IMG/VR virus record: IMGVR_UViG_3300031689_000044
Location: 1-27,175 of that record
Length of the DNA: 27,175 nt
Direction: 5' to 3' (one strand)
Source: a virus
Lineage: Duplodnaviria > Caudoviricetes
In this document: positions 17,403-26,384 of the stretch, piece by piece
Position numbering within the stretch: the stretch's first letter is position 1
Layout: each line of letters begins with the position of its first letter
The notes under the pieces: generated by a model
The model's input: the letters and a program-made list of their open reading frames with translations, nothing else
Told to the model about the DNA's origin: nothing
The model's database searches: none
Made by a program: the position numbers and the translations under genes

Positions 17403-18155
17403 TTAATCTCCAGTTATTGTAGCCCAGAAGGACTCAAACTTATCTTTATGTTTCTTAGGTATCCTTTCTGTCACTTCTCTCTGAGGTTTACCACTCTGAT
17501 CACCGCCAAAGATACTATTAATGAAGTCATTAACAGGACTGAGAAACCCAGCATCAGCTTGTGGAGGAGCCTCCTGCGTTTGTTGAGGTACTTGTTGAGA
17601 TACTTGCTGCGTCTGCAACTGCTGACCAACTTGTATACTATTGATATCTTGTATTGAATTCAAACTTGCCAATTGCTGCACAGTCATCCCTGCATCGTTA
17701 GCTATCTTAGTCAGGTTGTCACCTGATTGAACTGTATACTGTTGACTATTAACTTGAGGTACTGGTTCTTCAATCGGTACTGGGACTGACCCTTCAGGTC
17801 TCCATCCAAACTGATCGAACTTACCAACATACTCTGAGGTCTCCGGTGGCATCTCTGTGAGATCACCACTAATAAACTTAAGCATGTTACCCGGACCCCA
17901 GTTGTAGGCTTGTAGTGTCTGCGTAGGTGTCCAGTCATACTGACGCTGCATACCAGCTAGGTAATCCCCAGCAGCCTTACGGGCCTGAACTGGATCTAAC
18001 GGGTCAAAGGCTTTAACACCATAACCCATGTCACTTACATACTGAGGCATGAATTGGTACTCACCTACAGCTCCTGCTGGAGAAACTGCGTCATTGTTTC
18101 CACTAGATTCTACCATACGGAGAGCATCAAGTAGCTCTGGGGTTATCCAACTCAT
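17403..18155 (-). CDS. Virion-associated lytic transglycosylase (SLT) with LysM domain (250 aa)
   Basis: VESSGN..AVSPAGAVGEYQFMP..AYNWGPG..ETSEYV (SLT) and YTVQSGDNLTKIA..QQLASLNSI..IQVGQQL (LysM). Confidence 0.93.
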   Translation of the reverse strand: MSWITPELLDALRMVESSGNNDAVSPAGAVGEYQFMPQYVSDMGYGVKAFDPLDPVQARKAAGDYLAGMQRQYDWTPTQTLQAYNWGPGNMLKFISGDLTEMPPETSEYVGKFDQFGWRPEGSVPVPIEEPVPQVNSQQYTVQSGDNLTKIANDAGMTVQQLASLNSIQDINSIQVGQQLQTQQVSQQVPQQTQEAPPQADAGFLSPVNDFINSIFGGDQSGKPQREVTERIPKKHKDKFESFWATITGD

Positions 18156-18167
18156 ATCTGTTTCCTT

Positions 18168-18671
18168 TTATTTTCCTGAGTTAGCTGCAAGTAGTCCAGC
18201 ACCGATTAACACTGGTATACCAAAGGGACCCAGTGCAGCTGCTGCAGGGGCTACTGAAGCTAATGCTCCACCTGCTGTACCAGCGGTTGCTGCTAGTCCA
18301 GTGGTACCTGCTGCTGAGGCAACTACAGGTGCAGCTAGAGCTGATGAGCCCATTACTGCCTGTGCTGCTCCGGGAGCTAAGGTACCACCTGTAGATGCTG
18401 CAAGTTCTGCCATACCTGCTGCTTGTGGTGCTGAGATAGCTGCTGTAGGTGCTGCTGTCAATGCTGCCCACTTGTTAGCTACACTGTCAGTCATTGCTGT
18501 ACCCATCTTACCAGCTGCTTCAGAACCCATAGCTTTATTAAAGACACTGGGTGCTAGTTGCTGGGTTAATCCGGGTTGTTCTGCCTGTGGTTGTGGTGCA
18601 GGTACACCCGGAAGCTGAGGGGCTCCCTGCTTCTTCTCCATCTGTGGAGCAAAGGGGTTAAATCCTGCCAT
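18168..18671 (-). CDS. Ala/Gly-rich internal virion protein with C-terminal hydrophobic segment (167 aa)
   Basis: Composition and position are typical of DNA-transfer/ejection proteins. Confidence 0.6.
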   Translation of the reverse strand: MAGFNPFAPQMEKKQGAPQLPGVPAPQPQAEQPGLTQQLAPSVFNKAMGSEAAGKMGTAMTDSVANKWAALTAAPTAAISAPQAAGMAELAASTGGTLAPGAAQAVMGSSALAAPVVASAAGTTGLAATAGTAGGALASVAPAAAALGPFGIPVLIGAGLLAANSGK

Positions 18672-18673
18672 AA

Positions 18674-19378
18674 CTACTTACCCCCAGTTTGTGTGGTCTC
18701 TTTAGGTGCAACACCAGAGAACAAACCAATGCGTTGTGCAAGGGCTGTGTACTGTGAGTCTGCTTCAGCCTGCTTCTGCTGCTGTTGTGCCTGACCAATC
18801 ATACCTAAGGTTTGTGCGCCTTGACCCTGCATACCCATAGCTTGACCCATGTTCTGAGTCTGCATCTGTTGAGCCTGTTGATCAATGCCAGCGAAGTTAG
18901 CTGCCAGCCCTTGTTCAATACTTGACTGATTAATGCTCTGACGAGAACCACCAAGACCACCTGACTGCCCAGCTGCTGCCTGTGAAGTGCCAAGTGCACC
19001 TTGGGCTTGCTGGAGTGAAGCTGCTCGTTGACCTGACAGGTCTACTGGCTGATTAGCAATACCCATCATAGAGTTTGCAAGTTGAGTTTGATTACCTGCT
19101 GCTGCAATTCCAGCTGCCTGAGCATCCTCACCTACATCAGTGAACCCTGCAACCTGACCTAGTTGACCGGAGTCATATAGACCCTTAGCATCGCCAAGCA
19201 TCTCCTTAATCTCAGGCTTATACTCTGTGGCAAAACCAGAGGTAGTTGTCTTTGGACCACCACCACCGCAGTGTGCTATATCTTCTTCAGCATGGTATGT
19301 TACTTCACCATGTTCTAGTACTTCACCAGTGGAAAGGCTGAATACCATGCCATCATAAATCTTTGTTAGTTTAGACAT
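18674..19378 (-). CDS. Gln/Gly/Ala-rich internal virion (DNA transfer) protein, P22 gp7 / T7 gp14-like role (234 aa)
   Basis: Leader ending ..IAHCGGGGPKTTTSG, then a Q/G/A-rich body. AGGAG SD precedes ATG 19378. Confidence 0.6.
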   Translation of the reverse strand: MSKLTKIYDGMVFSLSTGEVLEHGEVTYHAEEDIAHCGGGGPKTTTSGFATEYKPEIKEMLGDAKGLYDSGQLGQVAGFTDVGEDAQAAGIAAAGNQTQLANSMMGIANQPVDLSGQRAASLQQAQGALGTSQAAAGQSGGLGGSRQSINQSSIEQGLAANFAGIDQQAQQMQTQNMGQAMGMQGQGAQTLGMIGQAQQQQKQAEADSQYTALAQRIGLFSGVAPKETTQTGGK

Positions 19379-19811
19379 CAAAGGTCTCCTTTAAACTTAA
19401 TCTCATTGTTGTGTAACGTTCTTTCCAACCAGCTTTCTCAAGTGGTTTAAGTAGTCCTCGTCTGCCTGTGAACTCCAAGCAGTCAATTTGAGGGAACTTA
19501 CTCATCTGTGCAGCGAACTCAGTGGTCCACTCAGACATCTTGTCATTGGTCTTTCCACCAAGAGTTATGATGTGAAGTGACACGAAGTTGTTGTACTGTA
19601 TTAGTCTTGTAGTTCCAATCGCAACAAGATCACCATCATCAAAGACCTCCCATACATGGAAGTTCTGAGGGTCTGATATAGCTCCTTGGATTATCTGTTG
19701 TGTAGTCCACTCACCAGAACTGTGCACTAAGGCAGAGTCTATCTGTGGTTTTAGTTCATTATACTTAGTCAGTATATCTTCACCCACTACTTGCGTGATC
19801 TCAATTGACAT
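19371..19811 (-). CDS. GNAT-fold (acetyltransferase-like) virion assembly protein (146 aa)
   Basis: Pattern W..F..G.LVAIGTT...LHIITLGG...LEFTGRRGLLKPLEKAGW, typical of the podovirus GNAT-like gene between tail and core genes. Confidence 0.6.
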   Translation of the reverse strand: MSIEITQVVGEDILTKYNELKPQIDSALVHSSGEWTTQQIIQGAISDPQNFHVWEVFDDGDLVAIGTTRLIQYNNFVSLHIITLGGKTNDKMSEWTTEFAAQMSKFPQIDCLEFTGRRGLLKPLEKAGWKERYTTMRLSLKETFDV

Positions 19812-19825
19812 TATTGTTTAGTCCT

Positions 19826-20200
19826 CTATGCAGGTGGCGTAGGCCACACTGGGTTCTCTGTTGGTGTGTAAGTTGAAGGTAAGTCTCTTAGATCCTGACG
19901 GTATGTTAACCATGCATCTAGGTCTAAATGAGGGTAGTCTGCGATAGATGCTCTCCAATCAGAACTAGCTAGCAACCTATTTCTTATAGACCTAATAGCA
20001 TCTTCATCAACATTGAGATCAACCGCAATAGCATCGTGGAGAAGAGTACCATCACTTTGCCACACGTACTCATTGAAGTTTTCTTCAGTCACCCCAACGG
20101 GGACATTTATCTCCTTAACGTCATCTGAGGGAGCCGATATGGCATTCTCATGCAAATTCCAAGTGGCTACTCTTGAGCTGCTATCTATTTGTATATACAT
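19826..20200 (-). CDS. Tail fibre assembly chaperone (124 aa)
   Basis: IRSIRNRLLASSDW...WLTYRQDLRDLP...PVWPTPP signature, directly downstream of the fibre gene. Confidence 0.88.
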   Translation of the reverse strand: MYIQIDSSSRVATWNLHENAISAPSDDVKEINVPVGVTEENFNEYVWQSDGTLLHDAIAVDLNVDEDAIRSIRNRLLASSDWRASIADYPHLDLDAWLTYRQDLRDLPSTYTPTENPVWPTPPA

Positions 20201-20211
20201 ATAATGTCTCC

Positions 20212-22854
20212 TTAGCTATATAGTCTAACCCATTTTATACTACCACCTGAGTAAACATTGTTGTTATTCCCCGTCTTTAATGAGCGAAGGTAAGGAGTCC
20301 CTGTACAATAAGCTAGACCTGCTGTGGTGGCAGCTAGATATGCGATACCATCATCATCAGATGTAGAGTTATCCCAACCTTTTACGTTATTGAGTGTGCA
20401 ACCTCGACTAAAGTCTTGGAAGTAATACCAACCAGCACCCCCCGAACCCAAGCTCAAGGTTACAAAACCACCATTCGTATTACCAGTCATTACTGACGTA
20501 GTTAGGCTAGCTTGAGTGGGTAGTTTCCAAATATCCTCAAGGGCTACCTTGGTTCCACCACCAGCTGGGTTTGACACAGATGCATAACCAACACCACCTG
20601 CACCACCGGGGGTGACAGCAGCAGTTAAAGCAGCGGAGGGTACAGTTGGGGCTGCACCACCGGAGCCTATAGTGAACTTAACACTTAAAGCTCCAGATGG
20701 TATTGAGGTTATACTCAGTGTAGTTCCCGCACCACCTCCATTATTAGTAATAGCAATAGGTGAACCGTTGAACCCGGAAGCACCCCCAGAACCACCACCA
20801 GAACCATAAGAACCTACCCCTGTGTTGGAGCTTGGGGTTGATGGTGTTCCACCAGCTCCTCCCGGAGCCTTGGATGATGCATCACCTGAAGCACCGTACC
20901 CATATCTAATGTTTGACTGAACAGACCACACTGCACCTGAACCACCTGTTGTTGTGTAACCACCAAGACTTGTACCAGTTCCATCAGTACTTGCATAGAA
21001 CGCTACAGATGTAGGTGAACCTGCGTTGCCATTTACCTTCCAAGAGGCAGGTCGGTCACCTGCGGCATTACTTGAACCACTACCACCACCTGCTATAATA
21101 GTTATATCAAGGGCTGTTGTAGTGACACCCAGCTGATACACATGTGAGCCTACTGTTGTGTACTCTGTGACTGCTCCGGGTGAACCTGTGAATATGTCCA
21201 CACCGATAAGTCGGAAGGTACCTGCGGAATCCATAAGGATAGATGAGGTTGGTGATGATATTGCAAAGCCAGCTATATCAGTGCCTGAGGCTGAGGTTCC
21301 ACGACCATAGAAAGCACCATGTGCCCCATCCGTTAATGAAGTCTTGTTGAAGATTATACCTGAGCTATCCCCAGTGAACTCCACGTTTTCAGACAGAGTT
21401 ATCTTATCTGCAGTGACAGCACCAGCCGCTATAAGATCTGCTGTGAGGGAGCCTGAGCTTATCTCGTTAGCAGTTATACTACTGGCAGTTATCTTAACAG
21501 CATCGATAGATCCTGTTGTTACTTTACCGCCATCGATAGTTGTTGTACCACTAGTGTAGATATTATCAGTTATCACTTGAGCAGCGGCTGCCGCAGTACC
21601 TGAAGCATCACTAGCTGCCTCTGCTGCAGCCTGTGCAGCATTAGCTTTAGTCGTTGCATCCAGTATAGCTCTGGCTTCCTCTGCCGTGACTATGCCATCT
21701 GCGTAAGCCTCAGCAGTTGTCTGAGCTAAGTCAGCTTTAGTCTGTGCAGCAATAGCAGCAGCATTTATAGCAGCCACCTGCGCAGCAGCAGCAGAACCTA
21801 TTGGATCACTGGCAGCTTGAGCAGCCGCAGCAGCACCTGCAACGTCACTAGCTAACTCCGCAGCAGCTTGTGCCGCGTTAGCCTTAGTTGTTGCATCGAG
21901 TATAGCCCTAGCTTCTTCAGCTGTTACTATACCATCAGCATAAGCTTCAGCAGTTGTCTGGGCTAAATCAGCCTTGGTTTGAGCTGCTAACGCTGAAGCA
22001 CTTATAGCTGCTACCTGAGCGGCTGCTGCAGCACCTAATACGTCTGAAGCAGCCTCTGCAGCGGCTTGAGCAGCATTAGCCTTAGTTGTTGCATCTAATA
22101 TAGCTCTGGCTTCTTCAGCGGTCACTATACCATCGGCATAAGCCTCAGCAGTTGCCTGAGCTAAGTCAGCTTTAGTCTGTGCAGCAAGGGCGGCAGCAGC
22201 TATGGCTGCCAGCTGAGCAGACACTGCAGCACCTACCGGATCTGCACCTACAGTTGAGTAGTTAATAGCGTTACCGCCAGATACAACTAACTTAGTTGCG
22301 TCAATAGAGGTTGCAGCTATATGCTGTGCAGCTACGGTCCCATCAACGATAAGGTTACCATCAATGAATGAAGCTGGAGGTGACCACACATCAGCTCCAC
22401 CTGAACGCTTAAGAGTGCCGTACAACTTACCGTCATCGTATGTGATGACCACTGTTGTGCCATAACCAAACTCTTTCTGGTTAGTATATGCTCTTCCAGT
22501 GAAGTTAGAGACAGCAACCACCGCATCAGCGATCCATGTGGAATCCCCAAGGGTTGGCATGTTGTACCCTGATTTAGTATAGGTTACAAAGGGTATTCCA
22601 CCGTCTTTCGCCTGCACTGGGTATATCTGCCACTCGGAAGTGACACCATCTATGAGATACCTCTCAGCTATCCAATAGGCTGTTGAAGGTGCAGCTCCAT
22701 TAGTTAGTATCCAAGTTACCCCAGTTCCGGGGTTAGTCGGGTCACCCATCTCCGAGAATAATCCGGGAATATCAGAGTAGTACCTTGTGAAGGTTGGACT
22801 ACTACCGTCTATAACATCATATATTGTAAGTGCAGCTCTACCTGTTCTACTCAT
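20212..22854 (-). CDS. Tail fibre / receptor-binding protein (880 aa)
   Basis: Ala-rich repeats, approximately 10-aa 'ITA.KI..GS' repeats and a Gly-rich distal domain; followed by the chaperone gene. Confidence 0.88.
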   Translation of the reverse strand: MSRTGRAALTIYDVIDGSSPTFTRYYSDIPGLFSEMGDPTNPGTGVTWILTNGAAPSTAYWIAERYLIDGVTSEWQIYPVQAKDGGIPFVTYTKSGYNMPTLGDSTWIADAVVAVSNFTGRAYTNQKEFGYGTTVVITYDDGKLYGTLKRSGGADVWSPPASFIDGNLIVDGTVAAQHIAATSIDATKLVVSGGNAINYSTVGADPVGAAVSAQLAAIAAAALAAQTKADLAQATAEAYADGIVTAEEARAILDATTKANAAQAAAEAASDVLGAAAAAQVAAISASALAAQTKADLAQTTAEAYADGIVTAEEARAILDATTKANAAQAAAELASDVAGAAAAAQAASDPIGSAAAAQVAAINAAAIAAQTKADLAQTTAEAYADGIVTAEEARAILDATTKANAAQAAAEAASDASGTAAAAAQVITDNIYTSGTTTIDGGKVTTGSIDAVKITASSITANEISSGSLTADLIAAGAVTADKITLSENVEFTGDSSGIIFNKTSLTDGAHGAFYGRGTSASGTDIAGFAISSPTSSILMDSAGTFRLIGVDIFTGSPGAVTEYTTVGSHVYQLGVTTTALDITIIAGGGSGSSNAAGDRPASWKVNGNAGSPTSVAFYASTDGTGTSLGGYTTTGGSGAVWSVQSNIRYGYGASGDASSKAPGGAGGTPSTPSSNTGVGSYGSGGGSGGASGFNGSPIAITNNGGGAGTTLSITSIPSGALSVKFTIGSGGAAPTVPSAALTAAVTPGGAGGVGYASVSNPAGGGTKVALEDIWKLPTQASLTTSVMTGNTNGGFVTLSLGSGGAGWYYFQDFSRGCTLNNVKGWDNSTSDDDGIAYLAATTAGLAYCTGTPYLRSLKTGNNNNVYSGGSIKWVRLYS
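21585..22245 (-). repeat. Three tandem Ala-rich units (66 and 79 aa period) in the fibre shaft
   Basis: AQTKADLAQ(A/T)TAEAYADGIVTAEEARAILDATTKANAAQAAAE(A/L)ASD x3. DNA offsets are 198 and 237 nt (equivalent positions 22161, 21963, 21726). Confidence 0.92.
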
Positions 22855-22863
22855 AAGACCTCC

Positions 22864-24003
22864 TTAGTGCACAGTCACTGTCACTTCACATGAGAATTGA
22901 GTTGAGCTGTTGTCAGCTATATCGGTAGCTCCCACTACAAGGGTGTTTGCCCCAAGACCATCTGAGGTCACACCACCAGATGCAACTACGTCTCGTGTTC
23001 CTGATGACACCCGTACATCCGCAGAGGTACCACCAGCGTCCACACGTTGCCAGTTGTAGCTGACAGATGTCTGACCTGAGAGTGTACCCACATGAGACAC
23101 TGATGCACCATTAATCATATCGTAGATGTTGCAGGTAATAACCTTATCACTACCTGTGTTGTTCTTAAAGATACTTCCATCACTTGACACAATGTCAACA
23201 ACAAGGGCGCTTGCACCTCGGACACCATCACGTACCCGTACAATAGATACTGAGTCAGAACCTCCGTTGGCTCCGTTCACCCTGATGGTCATTGTGTTGG
23301 AGTCTGAGAAGTTAGCTGCTGAGATAATTATTTGGTCTGTACCTACACCATCCGTATCCAGTGTCTTAGCATAATCAGCACCTGTACCTGAGGCAAGGGT
23401 AGTGAAGGCAGCACCATCAATACTCTTCTGGGCAGTCAGGGTTCCAATGTTACCTTGAGTCTCAACTGTCATAACTATATCAGATTGAACTGAGGGAGAC
23501 AGTGTTGCAAACTCATCATACTGGAAGTACTGCTTTGTGGCTGTCAACTGAACAACAGCACCACCAGTACCTTCAATTGCTTTAGTAAGTGTGAGCGACA
23601 AGGTAGTGCTCTTTAAAGACTGAGATGTATCATTTACAGAGATAGGTATCGTGATCACTGTGGACTTGTTTGTAGTACCTGTGGGGATCGCTGATATAGT
23701 TACAGCACCTGTACCTGCGTGAACTGAAGTGGTCCATCCAGATGAGGATGAAGCCAGTGTACCGTAGCTGAACTTATTGTAGTCTGTGGATCCTACAGAT
23801 ACAGCACTGTTCTTATAAGTTCCAGCTGCGAATCCCATGAAGATTGACACGGATGTTGTGAAAGCATCTCGCTCTGCTGTTGCAACGTCACCTACTGATG
23901 AAGCTGCGAATGTGTGGTTCTCGTTAGTCAAGAACGCAGAGATGGGACTACCACCATCTGCTATGTCTGTGATCGTTATTGCACCTGTTGCTATACGACT
24001 CAT
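22864..24003 (-). CDS. Tail/fibre structural protein with Ig-like repeats (379 aa)
   Basis: Beta-rich Ser/Thr sequence with LTNENHTF, SSDGSIFKNNTGS..YNW..DI..FSCEV; AAGGAG SD. Confidence 0.75.
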   Translation of the reverse strand: MSRIATGAITITDIADGGSPISAFLTNENHTFAASSVGDVATAERDAFTTSVSIFMGFAAGTYKNSAVSVGSTDYNKFSYGTLASSSSGWTTSVHAGTGAVTISAIPTGTTNKSTVITIPISVNDTSQSLKSTTLSLTLTKAIEGTGGAVVQLTATKQYFQYDEFATLSPSVQSDIVMTVETQGNIGTLTAQKSIDGAAFTTLASGTGADYAKTLDTDGVGTDQIIISAANFSDSNTMTIRVNGANGGSDSVSIVRVRDGVRGASALVVDIVSSDGSIFKNNTGSDKVITCNIYDMINGASVSHVGTLSGQTSVSYNWQRVDAGGTSADVRVSSGTRDVVASGGVTSDGLGANTLVVGATDIADNSSTQFSCEVTVTVH

Positions 24004-24017
24004 GTTAATCTCCTTGT

Positions 24018-24791
24018 TTAAGGTATGTTAGATACTTCGCATCGAATAGTTTTAACATTGTCGATATCGTCAGCACTTAGGTTCATCTGTCTAAAGTTTA
24101 ATGATGCAGTAGAGTTATTTGTGTCAGCCCTGTGGAAGCTTAGGCTCCTCGACTGACAAGCCACTGCAACTGTATCTGTGTATATTGTACCTAAACCATC
24201 GGATACAATGTTACCGTTTGAGTCAACACAGATAACATCATCAGCTATGGTCCACTTGTACTTGTATGACAGATGGGCAGTGTCATTCTGGAGTTCACCA
24301 CCTATGTCTACATCAGCACGTAGTATTGTTGAACCTGTGTCATTACGGAATACAGTGCCGTTTGAGGAGTATATACCTACAGAGATAGCACCTGCACCTG
24401 AAGTGTAGGTCCACTCATAGTCTGTTGGATCTGTTGAAGCTATAACTGAACCCCACCAGAGCCCTCTCCAAGGCTTCTGAGTACCACTGGGACTGAAAGG
24501 GAGTTCAGAGAAGGAGACTACCTCATTCTGGTTTGACACAAGGCCTTGCTCGGAGACATTAGTCACTGTATCAGCATACCTGATATGTAGTTGTTTGTTA
24601 GCTAATGTCCAAGAGCCACCACTGAATATCCATAGGTTATTAGTGGCAGCATTATAGTATGTGTCATTCTCCTTATAAGACCCATTAGCTGCTGGATCCA
24701 CTATACCACTGTAGCTATTAGCTCCGAAGCCAACGCCCCGTTCGAGGGACCTCAGTCTTCTCTGTAATTCTGTTTCACTTATACTAGCCAT
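24018..24791 (-). CDS. Tail fibre adaptor / proximal subunit (257 aa)
   Basis: Short N-terminal coil, LHIRYAD..FS..STDPTDYEWT module, then an Ig-like SSNGTVFRNDTGST..YKW..DDI..IRCEV domain. Confidence 0.7.
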   Translation of the reverse strand: MASISETELQRRLRSLERGVGFGANSYSGIVDPAANGSYKENDTYYNAATNNLWIFSGGSWTLANKQLHIRYADTVTNVSEQGLVSNQNEVVSFSELPFSPSGTQKPWRGLWWGSVIASTDPTDYEWTYTSGAGAISVGIYSSNGTVFRNDTGSTILRADVDIGGELQNDTAHLSYKYKWTIADDVICVDSNGNIVSDGLGTIYTDTVAVACQSRSLSFHRADTNNSTASLNFRQMNLSADDIDNVKTIRCEVSNIP

Positions 24792-24805
24792 AGCTACTCC
24801 TTAGA

Positions 24806-26374
24806 TTAACGCCAACTTGTAGGCTTTAAGCTGAATTGAATTGATGTGAGTTTAGGGTTAACTGTTCCAGACATTGTGACACGTACGTTGATGTACCTGC
24901 CAGACTGCCTAACATCAACCTTGTGTCCAGTTGAAGGGTTAAAGGCTCTTGATGTACTGTTGAAGCCGGTTGTTAAAGCAGAGTCAGAGGTCTTAGCTGA
25001 AGTACCAAACACTGCAATATTAACAATACCATCGGACTGTGGGTACATAGTGTCAAGGTCTTTATACTGAGCTCTTGCACCTAGGTCATCTTCAGTACGT
25101 ACGAACCACCCATTGGAGACTAACACTGAACTGGATAGCTCCTTAATCGAGTTCGTGTCAGGTGATGTTGCAAAGATGCGTAGTGCACCTTCAACTTCAG
25201 TCTCATACATATCTGTGATGTTAGGTAGTGATCTGATGTGGACCTTCTGGTCTGCGTAGTTGAACACAAAGGCCTTGTTGCAGCCCGAGCCAGTGGTTCC
25301 AGTCTCCCTGAAACAGAACCAGACTTCTTTGTCTCGGGTCTGTTGGAATACAAAAGACTTATCTTTGTCAGTGCCTTTAACTAGGTCAAACATAGTGTCT
25401 TGAAATAGACCTTTGGCGATGTCTTGCTTCTGGGACTGGCCATCATGGATGTACACACCATAGTTACCTATAACGAGATGCTGTGAGTCACCAATAGTGG
25501 TAACACACCTTGTAGAGTATAGGCCATCATCTTCAAAGATAGAGTCAAAGCCAAGTACAAAGTTATCCCCAGTCTCGTACACACGGACTACTGAGTCTGT
25601 CTTGTACGCTATGAAGAACTCACCTAACTGTCTACCGTCAAGTATACGTCCCGGAGTCTGAGTCATGAAAGCATCACCAGCTGTGTTGACAAGTGAAGCC
25701 TGCCACTGTACTCCTGCTATGGAGTCCAACGCAGTCACATGAGAGGACCACACGAAGTCTATGGGGTACGCTGCATCATCACCTAATATTGCTGTATCCT
25801 TATCATCATAGAAGCTCATAGCCACTAGACGGTTCTTGTATGGACGCATAACACGAGCATACTGAGTACCAGCCATAGCTGCCCAATTAGGGAGGTCTAT
25901 GAGGTTACCTGCAGTTGTAGCATCTGCTGAGATATACTGTGGGTTACCAGTTCCGGGGTTACAGATGAGTACCCCATTGAACACAAACAATTGTGGTGGG
26001 TAGTTATCATCTATCTCGAAGTTAGCTGCTGCAAGTCCATTGGTAATCTCTATGTTCTGTAAGGTACTAGAATTATATACAAAGACTCGCCCCTTAGTTC
26101 CTGTGGGGGATACGGTATCTTTAATGATGTAAGCAATGTTAAGGAATGTGGATCCTGCTGGAGTCCACTGAGTAACAGCTACAGGCTCTCCTGCTGCGTA
26201 TGCAGAGGGTACACCAAAGCCAGCTACAAAGTCATTAACACCCTGCACTGAACCATCTTTTACTCTTATATCAAGACAGTCACTCCAAGCCCCTTGGGGT
26301 AGAGAGTGTGCTGGCATATCTGTGATTAGACCCACAGATGAGAAGTCAATCTCTGGGGTTATTTGAAATGGCAT
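24806..26374 (-). CDS. Tail hub / DNA stabilization protein (P22 gp10 / tail tubular B-like, 522 aa)
   Basis: N-terminal GLITDMPAHSLPQGAWSD, beta-propeller-like body, KEVWFCF..CNKAFVFNY and KVDVRQSGRY near the C-terminus. Confidence 0.7.
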   Translation of the reverse strand: MPFQITPEIDFSSVGLITDMPAHSLPQGAWSDCLDIRVKDGSVQGVNDFVAGFGVPSAYAAGEPVAVTQWTPAGSTFLNIAYIIKDTVSPTGTKGRVFVYNSSTLQNIEITNGLAAANFEIDDNYPPQLFVFNGVLICNPGTGNPQYISADATTAGNLIDLPNWAAMAGTQYARVMRPYKNRLVAMSFYDDKDTAILGDDAAYPIDFVWSSHVTALDSIAGVQWQASLVNTAGDAFMTQTPGRILDGRQLGEFFIAYKTDSVVRVYETGDNFVLGFDSIFEDDGLYSTRCVTTIGDSQHLVIGNYGVYIHDGQSQKQDIAKGLFQDTMFDLVKGTDKDKSFVFQQTRDKEVWFCFRETGTTGSGCNKAFVFNYADQKVHIRSLPNITDMYETEVEGALRIFATSPDTNSIKELSSSVLVSNGWFVRTEDDLGARAQYKDLDTMYPQSDGIVNIAVFGTSAKTSDSALTTGFNSTSRAFNPSTGHKVDVRQSGRYINVRVTMSGTVNPKLTSIQFSLKPTSWR

Positions 26375-26384
26375 TAGAGCCTCC

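Noticed and set aside
21585-22245. CRISPR array or DGR template/variable repeat
   Set aside because: Repeats are in-frame coding units without spacers; differences are synonymous rather than adenine-specific; no reverse transcriptase in the window.
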